The notes under the pieces were generated by a model, which was given only the letters and a program-made list of their open reading frames with translations, ran no database searches and was not told the origin of the DNA. A program made the position numbers and the translations under genes. This document shows positions 34,944-43,058 of a DNA stretch of 64,000 bases, piece by piece; position 1 is the first letter of the stretch; every line of letters starts with the position of its first letter. Origin of the DNA: Deltaproteobacteria bacterium (GTDB lineage: Bacteria > Myxococcota_A > UBA796 > SXON01); assembly GCA_036676765.1 (NCBI GenBank), contig JAKFCH010000148.1, forward strand, positions 11,141-75,140, given 5' to 3'.

Positions 34944-35828
34944 ATGGAGCGTATGAGCCACCTGCTCCACCCCTTGCAGCGATACCAACTTCAGATCGAG
35001 CACGCGCTGGGTGAAGCGGTGCTGCAGCTTGGTGAGGAATCGCCTCTCCGCGCGGCGTGTGAGTACTCGCTGCTCGTCGGCGGCAAGCGTCTTCGTCCTG
35101 CCGTTGTCCTGATGGTGGCGGATGCGCTGGGCGCCCGCCACAGCGTCATCAAGGCCGCGCTGGCAACCGAGTTCCTCCACACCGCGTCCCTCATTGCCGA
35201 CGATCTGCCCAGCATGGACAACGCGGAGTTGCGGCGTGACGCACTCACGCTGCACCGCAAGTACGGTGAGGATGTGGCACTGCTGGCCACCTACGCGCTC
35301 ATCGCGGCTGGTTACGGGTACATCGCCGAGAATGCGCTGGAGTTGAAGCAACTTGAGCCCGCGGGCGAATGGGATCACGTGTGCGTGCTGGCCATCGCGA
35401 ACGCCACGCGCAATACCGGCATCCACGGAACGACCGGTGGACAGTACCTGGACCTGCATCCGCCGGCGGTGCTGGAGGACGCGCTCGCCAGGCTGATTCA
35501 CCTGAAGACCACCACGCTGTTCGAGGTCTCGTTCGTGCTCGGTTGGCTCTTTGGCGGTGGGAACCGCGACCAGCTCCCCTCGGTGGCCGAGCTGTCGCGC
35601 AACTTCGGACTTGCCTACCAGATTGCCGACGACCTGGACGACCTCGAAGAGGACAGGCAATTGGGGCGCGGCGTGAACTACGCGCTGCAGTTTGGTGAGA
35701 CGCAGGCCCGCGTTCAGCTGAGTGCCGCGTTGGACGCGTGCGAGCAGCTGGCCCATACCCTTGGCCTGCGCGGCGCCGCTCTGTTCGAGATCACCTCCGC
35801 CCTGCGTCAGACGGCCGCGCTGGCGTGA
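34944..35828 (+). CDS. short-chain (E)-polyprenyl diphosphate synthase (FPP/GGPP synthase class)
   Basis: Real part of ORF 34791..35828. Motifs: GGKRLRP, first Asp-rich motif LIADDLPSMDNAELRRD, second Asp-rich motif AYQIADDLDD. The start is ATG 34944 or 34953. Confidence 0.85.
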   Translation: MERMSHLLHPLQRYQLQIEHALGEAVLQLGEESPLRAACEYSLLVGGKRLRPAVVLMVADALGARHSVIKAALATEFLHTASLIADDLPSMDNAELRRDALTLHRKYGEDVALLATYALIAAGYGYIAENALELKQLEPAGEWDHVCVLAIANATRNTGIHGTTGGQYLDLHPPAVLEDALARLIHLKTTTLFEVSFVLGWLFGGGNRDQLPSVAELSRNFGLAYQIADDLDDLEEDRQLGRGVNYALQFGETQARVQLSAALDACEQLAHTLGLRGAALFEITSALRQTAALA

Positions 35829-36916
35829 GCGCACCGGCGACGCTCGGACGCAGTGCGGTGGGCCGCGCGCTTTGCAGCTTCCGGTTGCTGGCCGGGCAAC
35901 GCGACGCCGGCGGCGTGCTGCTCCTGATCGCCGTGTGCGGCGTCGCGGCGCTGAACGCCGCGCTGATGTGGCTGGAAGACCGCCTCGTGCCAGGGCTGAC
36001 GACGCAGCCGCTGGACCGTGTCATCTTCATCCTGGGCCACCATCGCAGCGGAACCACCAACCTCCACAAGGCGCTGCGGCCGCACCCCAGCCTGCGGTGC
36101 GGCACCCTGTATGACGCGTTGTTCCCGTCGCTCTACCTGAAGCGACTGTTCCGGACGCGGCCGGCGCGCTGGGTCTCTCACTCGCTCAATCGCAATGCCG
36201 CCGCCCGTTATGACAGCGCGAACCACCCGGTGGGTCTGGACGAGGAGCTCGAGGAGCACTTGTGGCTCCTGCACCGCCTGCGCTCCGAGGCGTTCCTGCT
36301 GATGTTTCCGTCGCTGTTGCTGGCGGAGCCCGGCCTGATGCCTGACGCCGTGGACATCACCGACGACGACCTGCGCTTCGTGGCACGCTGCCTGCGGCGC
36401 GTCCTTCACGACGAGAAGGATCCCACGACGACCTACGTTGCGCGTCCGCTGCTCTTCACCATGCACGTGGAGGCGCTGCTGCGGCAGTTTCCCGCGGCGC
36501 GGGTGGTGCTCTGCGTGCGTGAGCCCGCGGCGGCCATCTGTTCACAGGGAGCCATGAGTCAGGCGCAGCTGCGGTGCGCCGTCGATGACCCGCGGCTGGT
36601 GGCCTGGGCGGAGGGCTTCTACCAGGCGGCGTCCACGCGCCAGTATGCGGCGATGCTTCACCTGATCGAGGACCCCGCGCACACCGGCCGCGTCGTGATG
36701 GTCCGCTTCGACGACCTCCAGCGCGACACACCCGGCGTGCTGCGCCGGCTGCTCGCCGCGCTGCACCTTCCCGAGATGGAGCTGCCCGCCGTGCGCGCCG
36801 AGCGCCACGCCGGCGCGGCGCCGCTGGAGCTCATCGCGCGCGAGCGCATCGAAGCAGACCTGGGTGAAACCTACCGGCGGCTCCTGGAGCGCATGCCTGG
36901 GACCATCCATGGTTAG
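35825..36916 (+). CDS. membrane-anchored sulfotransferase-family protein
   Basis: Real part of ORF 35738..36916. The GTG start at 35825 overlaps the upstream stop as GTGA. It has a TM segment (GVLLLIAVCGVAALNAALMWL), a PAPS 5'-phosphosulfate loop ILGHHRSGTTNLHKAL and a 3'-phosphate-type motif VVLCVREPAAAICS. Confidence 0.7.
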   Translation: MSAPATLGRSAVGRALCSFRLLAGQRDAGGVLLLIAVCGVAALNAALMWLEDRLVPGLTTQPLDRVIFILGHHRSGTTNLHKALRPHPSLRCGTLYDALFPSLYLKRLFRTRPARWVSHSLNRNAAARYDSANHPVGLDEELEEHLWLLHRLRSEAFLLMFPSLLLAEPGLMPDAVDITDDDLRFVARCLRRVLHDEKDPTTTYVARPLLFTMHVEALLRQFPAARVVLCVREPAAAICSQGAMSQAQLRCAVDDPRLVAWAEGFYQAASTRQYAAMLHLIEDPAHTGRVVMVRFDDLQRDTPGVLRRLLAALHLPEMELPAVRAERHAGAAPLELIARERIEADLGETYRRLLERMPGTIHG

Positions 36917-38330
36917 CGGACGCGCGACGATGGGCGACTGGCTTCGCCTGTTCCGCCCGCGCAACCTTCCCAACTTTCTCGTCGTCGTCTTGGGCGCGCT
37001 GGCCGTCAGTGACAGCGCGCCGCCGATCGAGGCGCTGGCGTTCGAGTTCCTCTGGTTTGGTCTGTGCCTCTACGGCGGAATCTACATCCTCAACGAGGTG
37101 CTCGAGGCGGATGTCGATCGGCTGCATCCCGTCAAGCGCAGCCGCCCAGTGCCCTCCGGCAGGATTCGGGCGTGGCAGGCGCTGGTGCTGGTCGGCGTCC
37201 TCTGGACCATCGCCTTCGCAGCAGCCGAGCCCGCGCAGCGCGCGCTGTATCTGGGGTTCATCGCGGTCAACGTGGTGTACACGCTATTCGTGAAGCGGCA
37301 TGGGTTTCGGAACCTCATTGCCGTGACCAGCGCGCTGCGCGTCTCGCTGGGATTCGTGGTGGCGGGGAAGGGGGCCTTGTATGAGCCGGGGCTCATGGTG
37401 CTCGCCACGGTCTACATGGCGTCGGTGCAGCAGGTGAAGTTCGGTGTCGAGGGGACCCGCGGCAGCCGCCACACCGGGGCCAAGCTGCTCGTCTTCGCGG
37501 CGCTGATGGTACCGGTCTCCATCTGGTGCATGCCGCGCTATCCCGTCATGGTGGCGTGGACCTGGCTGGCAATGGTCGTCTGGGTGTTCCTCCCGTGGCA
37601 GTTTCCGCCGGCCGCCCGCTGGCTCATCGGCGCCGACGTGCCCACGCCGGACACCACGCGGGCGGGGCTTCCCGCCATGATCGTCTTCGACATCGACGGG
37701 ACGCTCTGCGACAGCATGCCCGCCATCCTGGACGCCGTGAACGACGCGGCGCCGGCCATGGGATTTTCGCGCATCACGCAGGAGCGGTACCGCGAGATGC
37801 GGACCATGACCGTCCGGCAGATCCAGAAGGACCTGGGGTTGAGCGGTTGGCAGCTGGCCAGACTCGGCCGCCATACCCGCCGCTTTCTCTACGAGCGGAA
37901 GGACAGCCTCGCGCCGGTCGCCGGCGTGGCTGCGCAGCTGCGGGTGTTGCGCCAGAGCGGCTATCGCCTCGCCATCGTCTCGTCGAACCAGCAGAAGAAC
38001 GTGCGGGCATTCGTGCGTGCGCATGACATCGACTTTTTCGACGAGATCAACACGCACTGCGGGTTGGGCACCGGCCTGTGGCGTAAGCGCGAGCAACTGC
38101 GTGATCTGATGGACAACTGGCAGCACCAGGTGGGCCGGTTTGTCTATGTCTGCGACGAGATCCGCGACGTCGAAGCGGCGCGCGCGGTCCGGATGCCAGT
38201 CATTGCCGTCAGTTGGGGAGCGAACACGGCCGCGGTCCTTGCCGCCGCCGGCCCGACGACGCTCATCGACTCGCCGGCGCAGCTGGTCGACGCTGTGCGG
38301 AGTGCGGTCTCGATGGGTGAATCTGCATGA
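36909..38330 (+). CDS. UbiA-superfamily prenyltransferase fused to a HAD-superfamily phosphatase
   Basis: ORF 36864..38330. ATG 36909 overlaps the upstream stop by 8 nt. The N-terminal about 260 aa is polytopic with LNEVLEADVDRLHPVKRSRPVPSGRI. The C-terminal HAD has motifs IVFDIDGTLCDS, LAIVSSNQ and VYVCDEIRDVEAA. Confidence 0.8.
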   Translation: MVSGRATMGDWLRLFRPRNLPNFLVVVLGALAVSDSAPPIEALAFEFLWFGLCLYGGIYILNEVLEADVDRLHPVKRSRPVPSGRIRAWQALVLVGVLWTIAFAAAEPAQRALYLGFIAVNVVYTLFVKRHGFRNLIAVTSALRVSLGFVVAGKGALYEPGLMVLATVYMASVQQVKFGVEGTRGSRHTGAKLLVFAALMVPVSIWCMPRYPVMVAWTWLAMVVWVFLPWQFPPAARWLIGADVPTPDTTRAGLPAMIVFDIDGTLCDSMPAILDAVNDAAPAMGFSRITQERYREMRTMTVRQIQKDLGLSGWQLARLGRHTRRFLYERKDSLAPVAGVAAQLRVLRQSGYRLAIVSSNQQKNVRAFVRAHDIDFFDEINTHCGLGTGLWRKREQLRDLMDNWQHQVGRFVYVCDEIRDVEAARAVRMPVIAVSWGANTAAVLAAAGPTTLIDSPAQLVDAVRSAVSMGESA

Positions 38331-39268
38331 CGGATGCACTGGAGCTGGAAGCCGCGGCCTGCCTCCTCTGCGGCGCCAGCGATGACGAGACCGTGGCGAT
38401 CAGTCCGGTACAACAGCACACCACGCGGGACGTGTTCCGCTTTGTCCGGTGCCGCGCCTGTGCGCTTGTGCGGCTCCACCCGCGCGTCCGCGCCGAGCGC
38501 GTAGGCGTCTACTATGACGCCACCTATCTGCCGCACCGCGGCGCGGCGGCCTGGGGCCGTTACGCGCCTATCGTCGAGCGGGCGTTGGGGCGGACGGATC
38601 GCGCCCGGGTCAAACGTGTGCTCGCCACCAAGCGACTCACGTCAGTCTCGCGGGTGCTCGACGTCGGCTGCGGACGTCCGACCTTTCTTCGCGCGTTGCG
38701 CGACGCCACCGGCGCCCACGCCGTGGGCATCGATTTCGTTGACGAGGCATGGCGCGGCGACCCTGCACGCTGGAGCGGGCTCGAGCTTCACGAGGGAACA
38801 TTGGAAAACGCGCCGCTCACACCCGGGTTCGACGCGATGACGCTGTGGCACGCGCTGGAGCACGATTACCAGCCGCTGGCGACGCTGCGCCGGTTGCGCG
38901 CGCTGGCGGCTCCGGACGCCGTGCTGGTGATCGAAGTCCCGAACTACGACTCGCTCTGGAGGATATGGCACGGCGCGCAATGGGCAGGTTTTCATACGCC
39001 GCGCCATACGGTGGCGTTCACCCCGGCGACGCTGCGCCACCTGGTGGAGAAGGCGGGCTGGCGTGTCGAGCAGCAGCTCCGCTACGGCACGCTCGACCCG
39101 TACATCTCGTGGTGGCTTGGCCGTCAGGAGCTCAACGGGCTCGGCGTGCGCGGCGACCTCTCCGGCCGGTTCTTCAGCTTCGTGCTCGGCAAGGCGCTGT
39201 CGCTTCCGCTGACCGTGTTTCAGCGGTGGGTGAGCATGGGCGCGCAGACGCTGATCGCGCGCGCATGA
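38327..39268 (+). CDS. class I SAM-dependent methyltransferase with an N-terminal CxxC...CxxC ribbon
   Basis: ATGA overlap with the upstream gene. CLLCGASDD...FVRCRACALV, SAM motif I VLDVGCGRPTF, post-I and motif II FDAMTLWHALEH. Confidence 0.8.
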   Translation: MTDALELEAAACLLCGASDDETVAISPVQQHTTRDVFRFVRCRACALVRLHPRVRAERVGVYYDATYLPHRGAAAWGRYAPIVERALGRTDRARVKRVLATKRLTSVSRVLDVGCGRPTFLRALRDATGAHAVGIDFVDEAWRGDPARWSGLELHEGTLENAPLTPGFDAMTLWHALEHDYQPLATLRRLRALAAPDAVLVIEVPNYDSLWRIWHGAQWAGFHTPRHTVAFTPATLRHLVEKAGWRVEQQLRYGTLDPYISWWLGRQELNGLGVRGDLSGRFFSFVLGKALSLPLTVFQRWVSMGAQTLIARA

Positions 39269-40416
39269 AAACACACTGTGACGTACTCATCGTCGGCGCG
39301 GGTCCGGCAGGCACCACTTGCGCGGAGACGCTGGCGCGCAGTGGTGCGTCGGTGGTCGTGCTCGACAGGAAGCGGGCGGGCTGGCACAAGCCGTGTGGCG
39401 GCGGCATCCCGGAGAAGACGTTTCGAAAATTCGATCTGCCGCTGTCGCTCGGGTTCGCCACGCCGTGCGTCCGGGTCGTCGATCGCGCGGGTCACGAAGT
39501 GCGCACGACGGTCCGCTATCGTGACGTCCACCGCAATGTCTTCGACGAGCATCTGGCGGACAGAGCCCGGAGCGAGGGTGCCGAGGTGCTGTTCGACACG
39601 CCCGTCGTCGGCGTCGAGCGGACGACGTCGGGCTTCCGCGCGCAAACGTCCGCCGGCACCTGCGATGCGAAGTACCTCGTGGCGGCGGACGGCTGCATGT
39701 CCACGATCCGGAAACGGCTCTTCCCCGAGCAGTTGCGCAAGGAGATGCTCGCGGTGGCCGTCGAGTATTGGTATCGCGTTCCGCACGGTACCAACTCGCT
39801 CGACTTCTTCGTCGAGCCCGCCATCCTCGACACCGGCTACGCCTACGTGTTTCCCAAGGACCCGGAGACGCTGGTCGTCGGCATTGCCGGTGTGGGGGTG
39901 AGCAAGCCGCGGGCGGTGCTGGACCGGCTGCTCGCGCTGCCGCGCTACCAGGCGCTCATTGGCAGCGCGCCTGTCCATCAAGTGCACGGCGCAGGGATTC
40001 CGTATCGGCATCTCTCGCGCATTCGTGACGGCCGTCTGCTGCTGGTGGGCGACGCGGCCGGGTTGAACACCCCGATCATCTTCGCGGGGATTCCCGTGGC
40101 GATGTCGTCAGGACGGCTGGCGGGCGAGCTGCTCGCTGAGGCGCTGGCCTCTGGCACCGAGACGCCGCTCGACCGCTACACGCCCGACGAAATCGGTCGG
40201 ATCAGCTCCGGCTTCACGGGGTGTCACGCCTACTACGACCACCTGATCGCCCAGCGTCGTCCCCCGGCGTTTCACCAGCTGGCCCGGCACTTCCTGTCCC
40301 GGCCGCACAAGCTGCCGCAAGCCTACGTGCTCTGGCGATCGCTCAACCGGCTCGTCGAGGGTCTGAACCTCGAGCGAATTGCGGCCACTCACCGCCGTGA
40401 GCAAGACCAGGGTTAG
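39265..40416 (+). CDS. geranylgeranyl reductase family FAD-dependent oxidoreductase
   Basis: Real part of ORF 38749..40416, with ATGA overlap with the upstream gene. DVLIVGAGPAGTTCAETLARSG (GxGxxG), KPCGGGIP, LVAADGCMS, LLLVGDAAGLNTP. Confidence 0.85.
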   Translation: MKTHCDVLIVGAGPAGTTCAETLARSGASVVVLDRKRAGWHKPCGGGIPEKTFRKFDLPLSLGFATPCVRVVDRAGHEVRTTVRYRDVHRNVFDEHLADRARSEGAEVLFDTPVVGVERTTSGFRAQTSAGTCDAKYLVAADGCMSTIRKRLFPEQLRKEMLAVAVEYWYRVPHGTNSLDFFVEPAILDTGYAYVFPKDPETLVVGIAGVGVSKPRAVLDRLLALPRYQALIGSAPVHQVHGAGIPYRHLSRIRDGRLLLVGDAAGLNTPIIFAGIPVAMSSGRLAGELLAEALASGTETPLDRYTPDEIGRISSGFTGCHAYYDHLIAQRRPPAFHQLARHFLSRPHKLPQAYVLWRSLNRLVEGLNLERIAATHRREQDQG

Positions 40417-40479
40417 ACATTGGGATCATCCTCACCCTCTCTCCCCGCCTCGCCCGGCCGTCAGGCGCGGCGGGTGGCG

Positions 40480-41159
40480 GGTGGCGGGGTCCCGGTCCGA
40501 GCGCGACGTGCTCACCCCGTGGCTCCGGTGCGGCTCGTGTGGCGGCCGCGTCCAGATCACGGCTGGAGGTCGCGCCAGCGGGGGCATCTTCCACTACTAC
40601 GTCTGCGCCTCCCGTCAGGAGAACAAGGCCCATTGCTCCGGGCTGAACGTCCGGTTGGAGAAGCTCGACGACTCCGTGCTCGGCTACATCCACGACGACG
40701 TGCTCGCGCCCGACAACGTCCGCGACCTCGTGTCCCGCTGGGCGGCCGCCCTGTCCGACCAGCCCGACGAGGTCCAGGTCGAGCGCGCCCGCCTCTCCTC
40801 CGACATTGACCAGCTGGACCAGCGTATCCGCAAGGTCGGGCTCCAGGTCGTCGATGGCGTGCTCGCCACGGAGGACACCAAGGCCCTGAACGCGCGGCTC
40901 ATCGACCGCCGCGACGCGGCGAAGCTGCGCCTCGCTTCGCTCCCCCAACGCCAGCCGACGCCCCCGGCCCATCGACGCCGACACGTTCCGCGGCGAGATC
41001 CTGACCGCGTGGGGCAACCGCCCTCTCGACGATCGCCGGGCCGCCCTCGACCGGATCATCGAGAGGATCACCCTGTCAGAGGGCGGCGCCCACGTGGACT
41101 ACCGCATCAAGGATGCGGAGGTGCCGTTTCACCAGCCTGACCCCTCAGGCCCCCCATAA
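40480..41159 (+). pseudogene. large serine recombinase gene relic (zinc-ribbon + coiled-coil C-terminal part only, frameshifted)
   Basis: ORF 40379..41140 reads LRCGSCGGRVQITAGGRASGGIFHYYVCASRQENKAHCSGLNVRLEKLDDSVLGYI...DQLDQRIRKV, a recombinase zinc beta-ribbon and coiled coil. The resolvase catalytic domain is absent. After about 40960 the sensible reading (PIDADTFRGEILTAWGNRPLDDRRAALDRIIERITLSEGGAHVDYRIKDAEVPFHQ) continues in another frame to TAA at 41157-59. Confidence 0.65.
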
Positions 41160-42976
41160 GCCCCAACATCCCCCCGCGACCCATCCGCATCCACCCGATC
41201 CGGATCCCCCGCGTTGATCGCCGGGCTCGAGGACTGGAGGTGGAAGTCGCCGGCGTCGGCGTCGACGAACAGGGGGTCCTCGACGAAGTTGCCGTTCCGC
41301 CCGGTTGGATCGCTCATGCCGATGAAGTCCGCGCCGTCGTTGGCCCAGGCGTCCGAGTAGCGCCAGTCCGTGGAGACCGAGCTGGCCACGGCGCTGCCGA
41401 GGTTGGCGGACAGGATGCTGTCGGACACGTGCGCGGAACCCGTGCCGCGCAGCGCCATGGCCGCGCCCTCGCCGGCGTGGTTGGCGTGGAGCACGACGTT
41501 GGTGATGCTCACCTCGGACAGGTCGAGGTACAGGCCGCCGCCCGCGCCGTCCGCCACGTTTCCGGCGAAGATGCCGTTCTCCAACGTCAGGGTGCCCATC
41601 TGGGCGCAAACGCCGCCGCCGCGGGGCGCCTGGTTGCCGGTCATCACGAGACGGGAGGTCTCGAGGTGGAACAACTTGCCATCGAAGGCGATGCCGCCGC
41701 CGCAGTCCCCGGACACGTTGTCCTCGAACACGGAGTCGTGCAGCTCCAGGTTCCAGTACGGCATGTTCATGTGCACGCCGCCGCCCTTGCTACCGGCCTG
41801 GTTCCGGCGGAACACGTTGCCCGTGGAATAGCTGACGTCGTCGTCGATCTCGAGCGCGCCGCCCCAGCCGTCGGCCTGGTTGTCCTCGTAGATGTTGTTC
41901 CGGAGCTCGCAGGCGTTGTGTGAGACCTTCATGGCCCCGCCGTCCCCGCCCGAGGCCACGTTCGATTGGAAGACGTTGTCCTCCACGAGCGCGCCGCCGT
42001 ACAACATGCGGAGACCGCCCGCGTCGTCGACCGCGACGTTGTCGTGGATGTGGTTGCGGAGGACGGCCCCCGTGCTCGCCTCGGTGAACCCGCCGGCGCC
42101 GTCCGTTCCGCAGGTGTTCTCGTAGACCTCGTTGTCGCTGATCTCGCCCGAGTGGAGATAGCCGGCGAAACCGCCGCCGGTCCAACGCGCGTCGTTGCCG
42201 AACACGGTGTTGCCGGTGAACGTGTAGTTCCCGTCGAACCACACGCCGCCGCCGACGTGGCCGAAGTTGTTCTCGAACACCGAGTTCCGGGTGACACCCG
42301 AGGCGCCGGTGACATAGAAACCACCCCCGTCCGCGCCGTCGTTGGACGCAAACCGGCTCTCGTCCACGTCGAGGCTGCCCCCCTCGAAGTACCCGCCGCC
42401 GCCGTCACCGCCGCTGACATTGTCGACCAGCTCGACGCGGAGCATCGACAACGTGCAGTTGCTCGACGCGATGCCAGCCCCGTGTGAGGCCCGCCCGTCG
42501 GTGATGCGCACGTCCACGAGGGACAGGGTCGCGTCCTGGCACCACATGCCGCCGCCGTAGTCGGCCTGCCCGCGCACGATGGTCAGCCCCTCCACCGTCA
42601 CCACCGATCGCGTGCTCGTCGAGACCACCTCGAGCCCGCGCGCGTCCCCCCCGGCGTCGAGGACGGCACCGTCGACGGCGTGCAGGGTCAGCGTGCGCCC
42701 GTCGATCACCACGGTCTCGGCGTACGCATCGCCCCGGATCTCGATGATCGCGTCGTCCGGCGCGGCGTCGACCGCCTCTTGGATCGTCACGTGGTCGGCC
42801 GATCCGTCCGCGGACACGGTGACGACGACGGGCTCCACGGGGACATCGCTGTCGGGAGGGCTGCCGGAGTCGTCGTCATCCGGCCCGCCGCCGCCACCGC
42901 CGCCGAAGAGGCCCTCTCCGCCCGGACCGCCGACACACCCCGCCAAAAGCACGATCCAAAGCCCCATGTCACGCAT
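41129..42976 (-). CDS. right-handed parallel beta-helix repeat lipoprotein (pectin-lyase-fold)
   Basis: Lipobox MGLWIVLLAGC, a Gly/Asp linker, then many degenerate units of G.GGG....s....v..s.F..N.a. The end DPLFVDADAGDFHLQSSSPAINAGD is typical of beta-helix repeat proteins. Confidence 0.8.
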   Translation of the reverse strand: MRDMGLWIVLLAGCVGGPGGEGLFGGGGGGGPDDDDSGSPPDSDVPVEPVVVTVSADGSADHVTIQEAVDAAPDDAIIEIRGDAYAETVVIDGRTLTLHAVDGAVLDAGGDARGLEVVSTSTRSVVTVEGLTIVRGQADYGGGMWCQDATLSLVDVRITDGRASHGAGIASSNCTLSMLRVELVDNVSGGDGGGGYFEGGSLDVDESRFASNDGADGGGFYVTGASGVTRNSVFENNFGHVGGGVWFDGNYTFTGNTVFGNDARWTGGGFAGYLHSGEISDNEVYENTCGTDGAGGFTEASTGAVLRNHIHDNVAVDDAGGLRMLYGGALVEDNVFQSNVASGGDGGAMKVSHNACELRNNIYEDNQADGWGGALEIDDDVSYSTGNVFRRNQAGSKGGGVHMNMPYWNLELHDSVFEDNVSGDCGGGIAFDGKLFHLETSRLVMTGNQAPRGGGVCAQMGTLTLENGIFAGNVADGAGGGLYLDLSEVSITNVVLHANHAGEGAAMALRGTGSAHVSDSILSANLGSAVASSVSTDWRYSDAWANDGADFIGMSDPTGRNGNFVEDPLFVDADAGDFHLQSSSPAINAGDPDRVDADGSRGDVGAYGGPEGSGW

Positions 42977-43058
42977 TGTCTTGCTCCCACCCAGGCACGA
43001 ACATAGGCACGAGCCCGGCCGTGGGGAGGGTGGTGGGGCGGCGTCCCGCCCCCGCCGT

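Larger units (their letters stand above)
32763..41159. mobile_element. degraded integrative-element / recombination-scar region enclosing the lower-GC isoprenoid operon
   Basis: It is bounded by two same-orientation serine-recombinase relics (32822-32930 and 40480-41159). It contains only gene fragments plus one intact, compositionally distinct operon. No intact recombinase or clear att repeats were seen. Confidence 0.35.
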
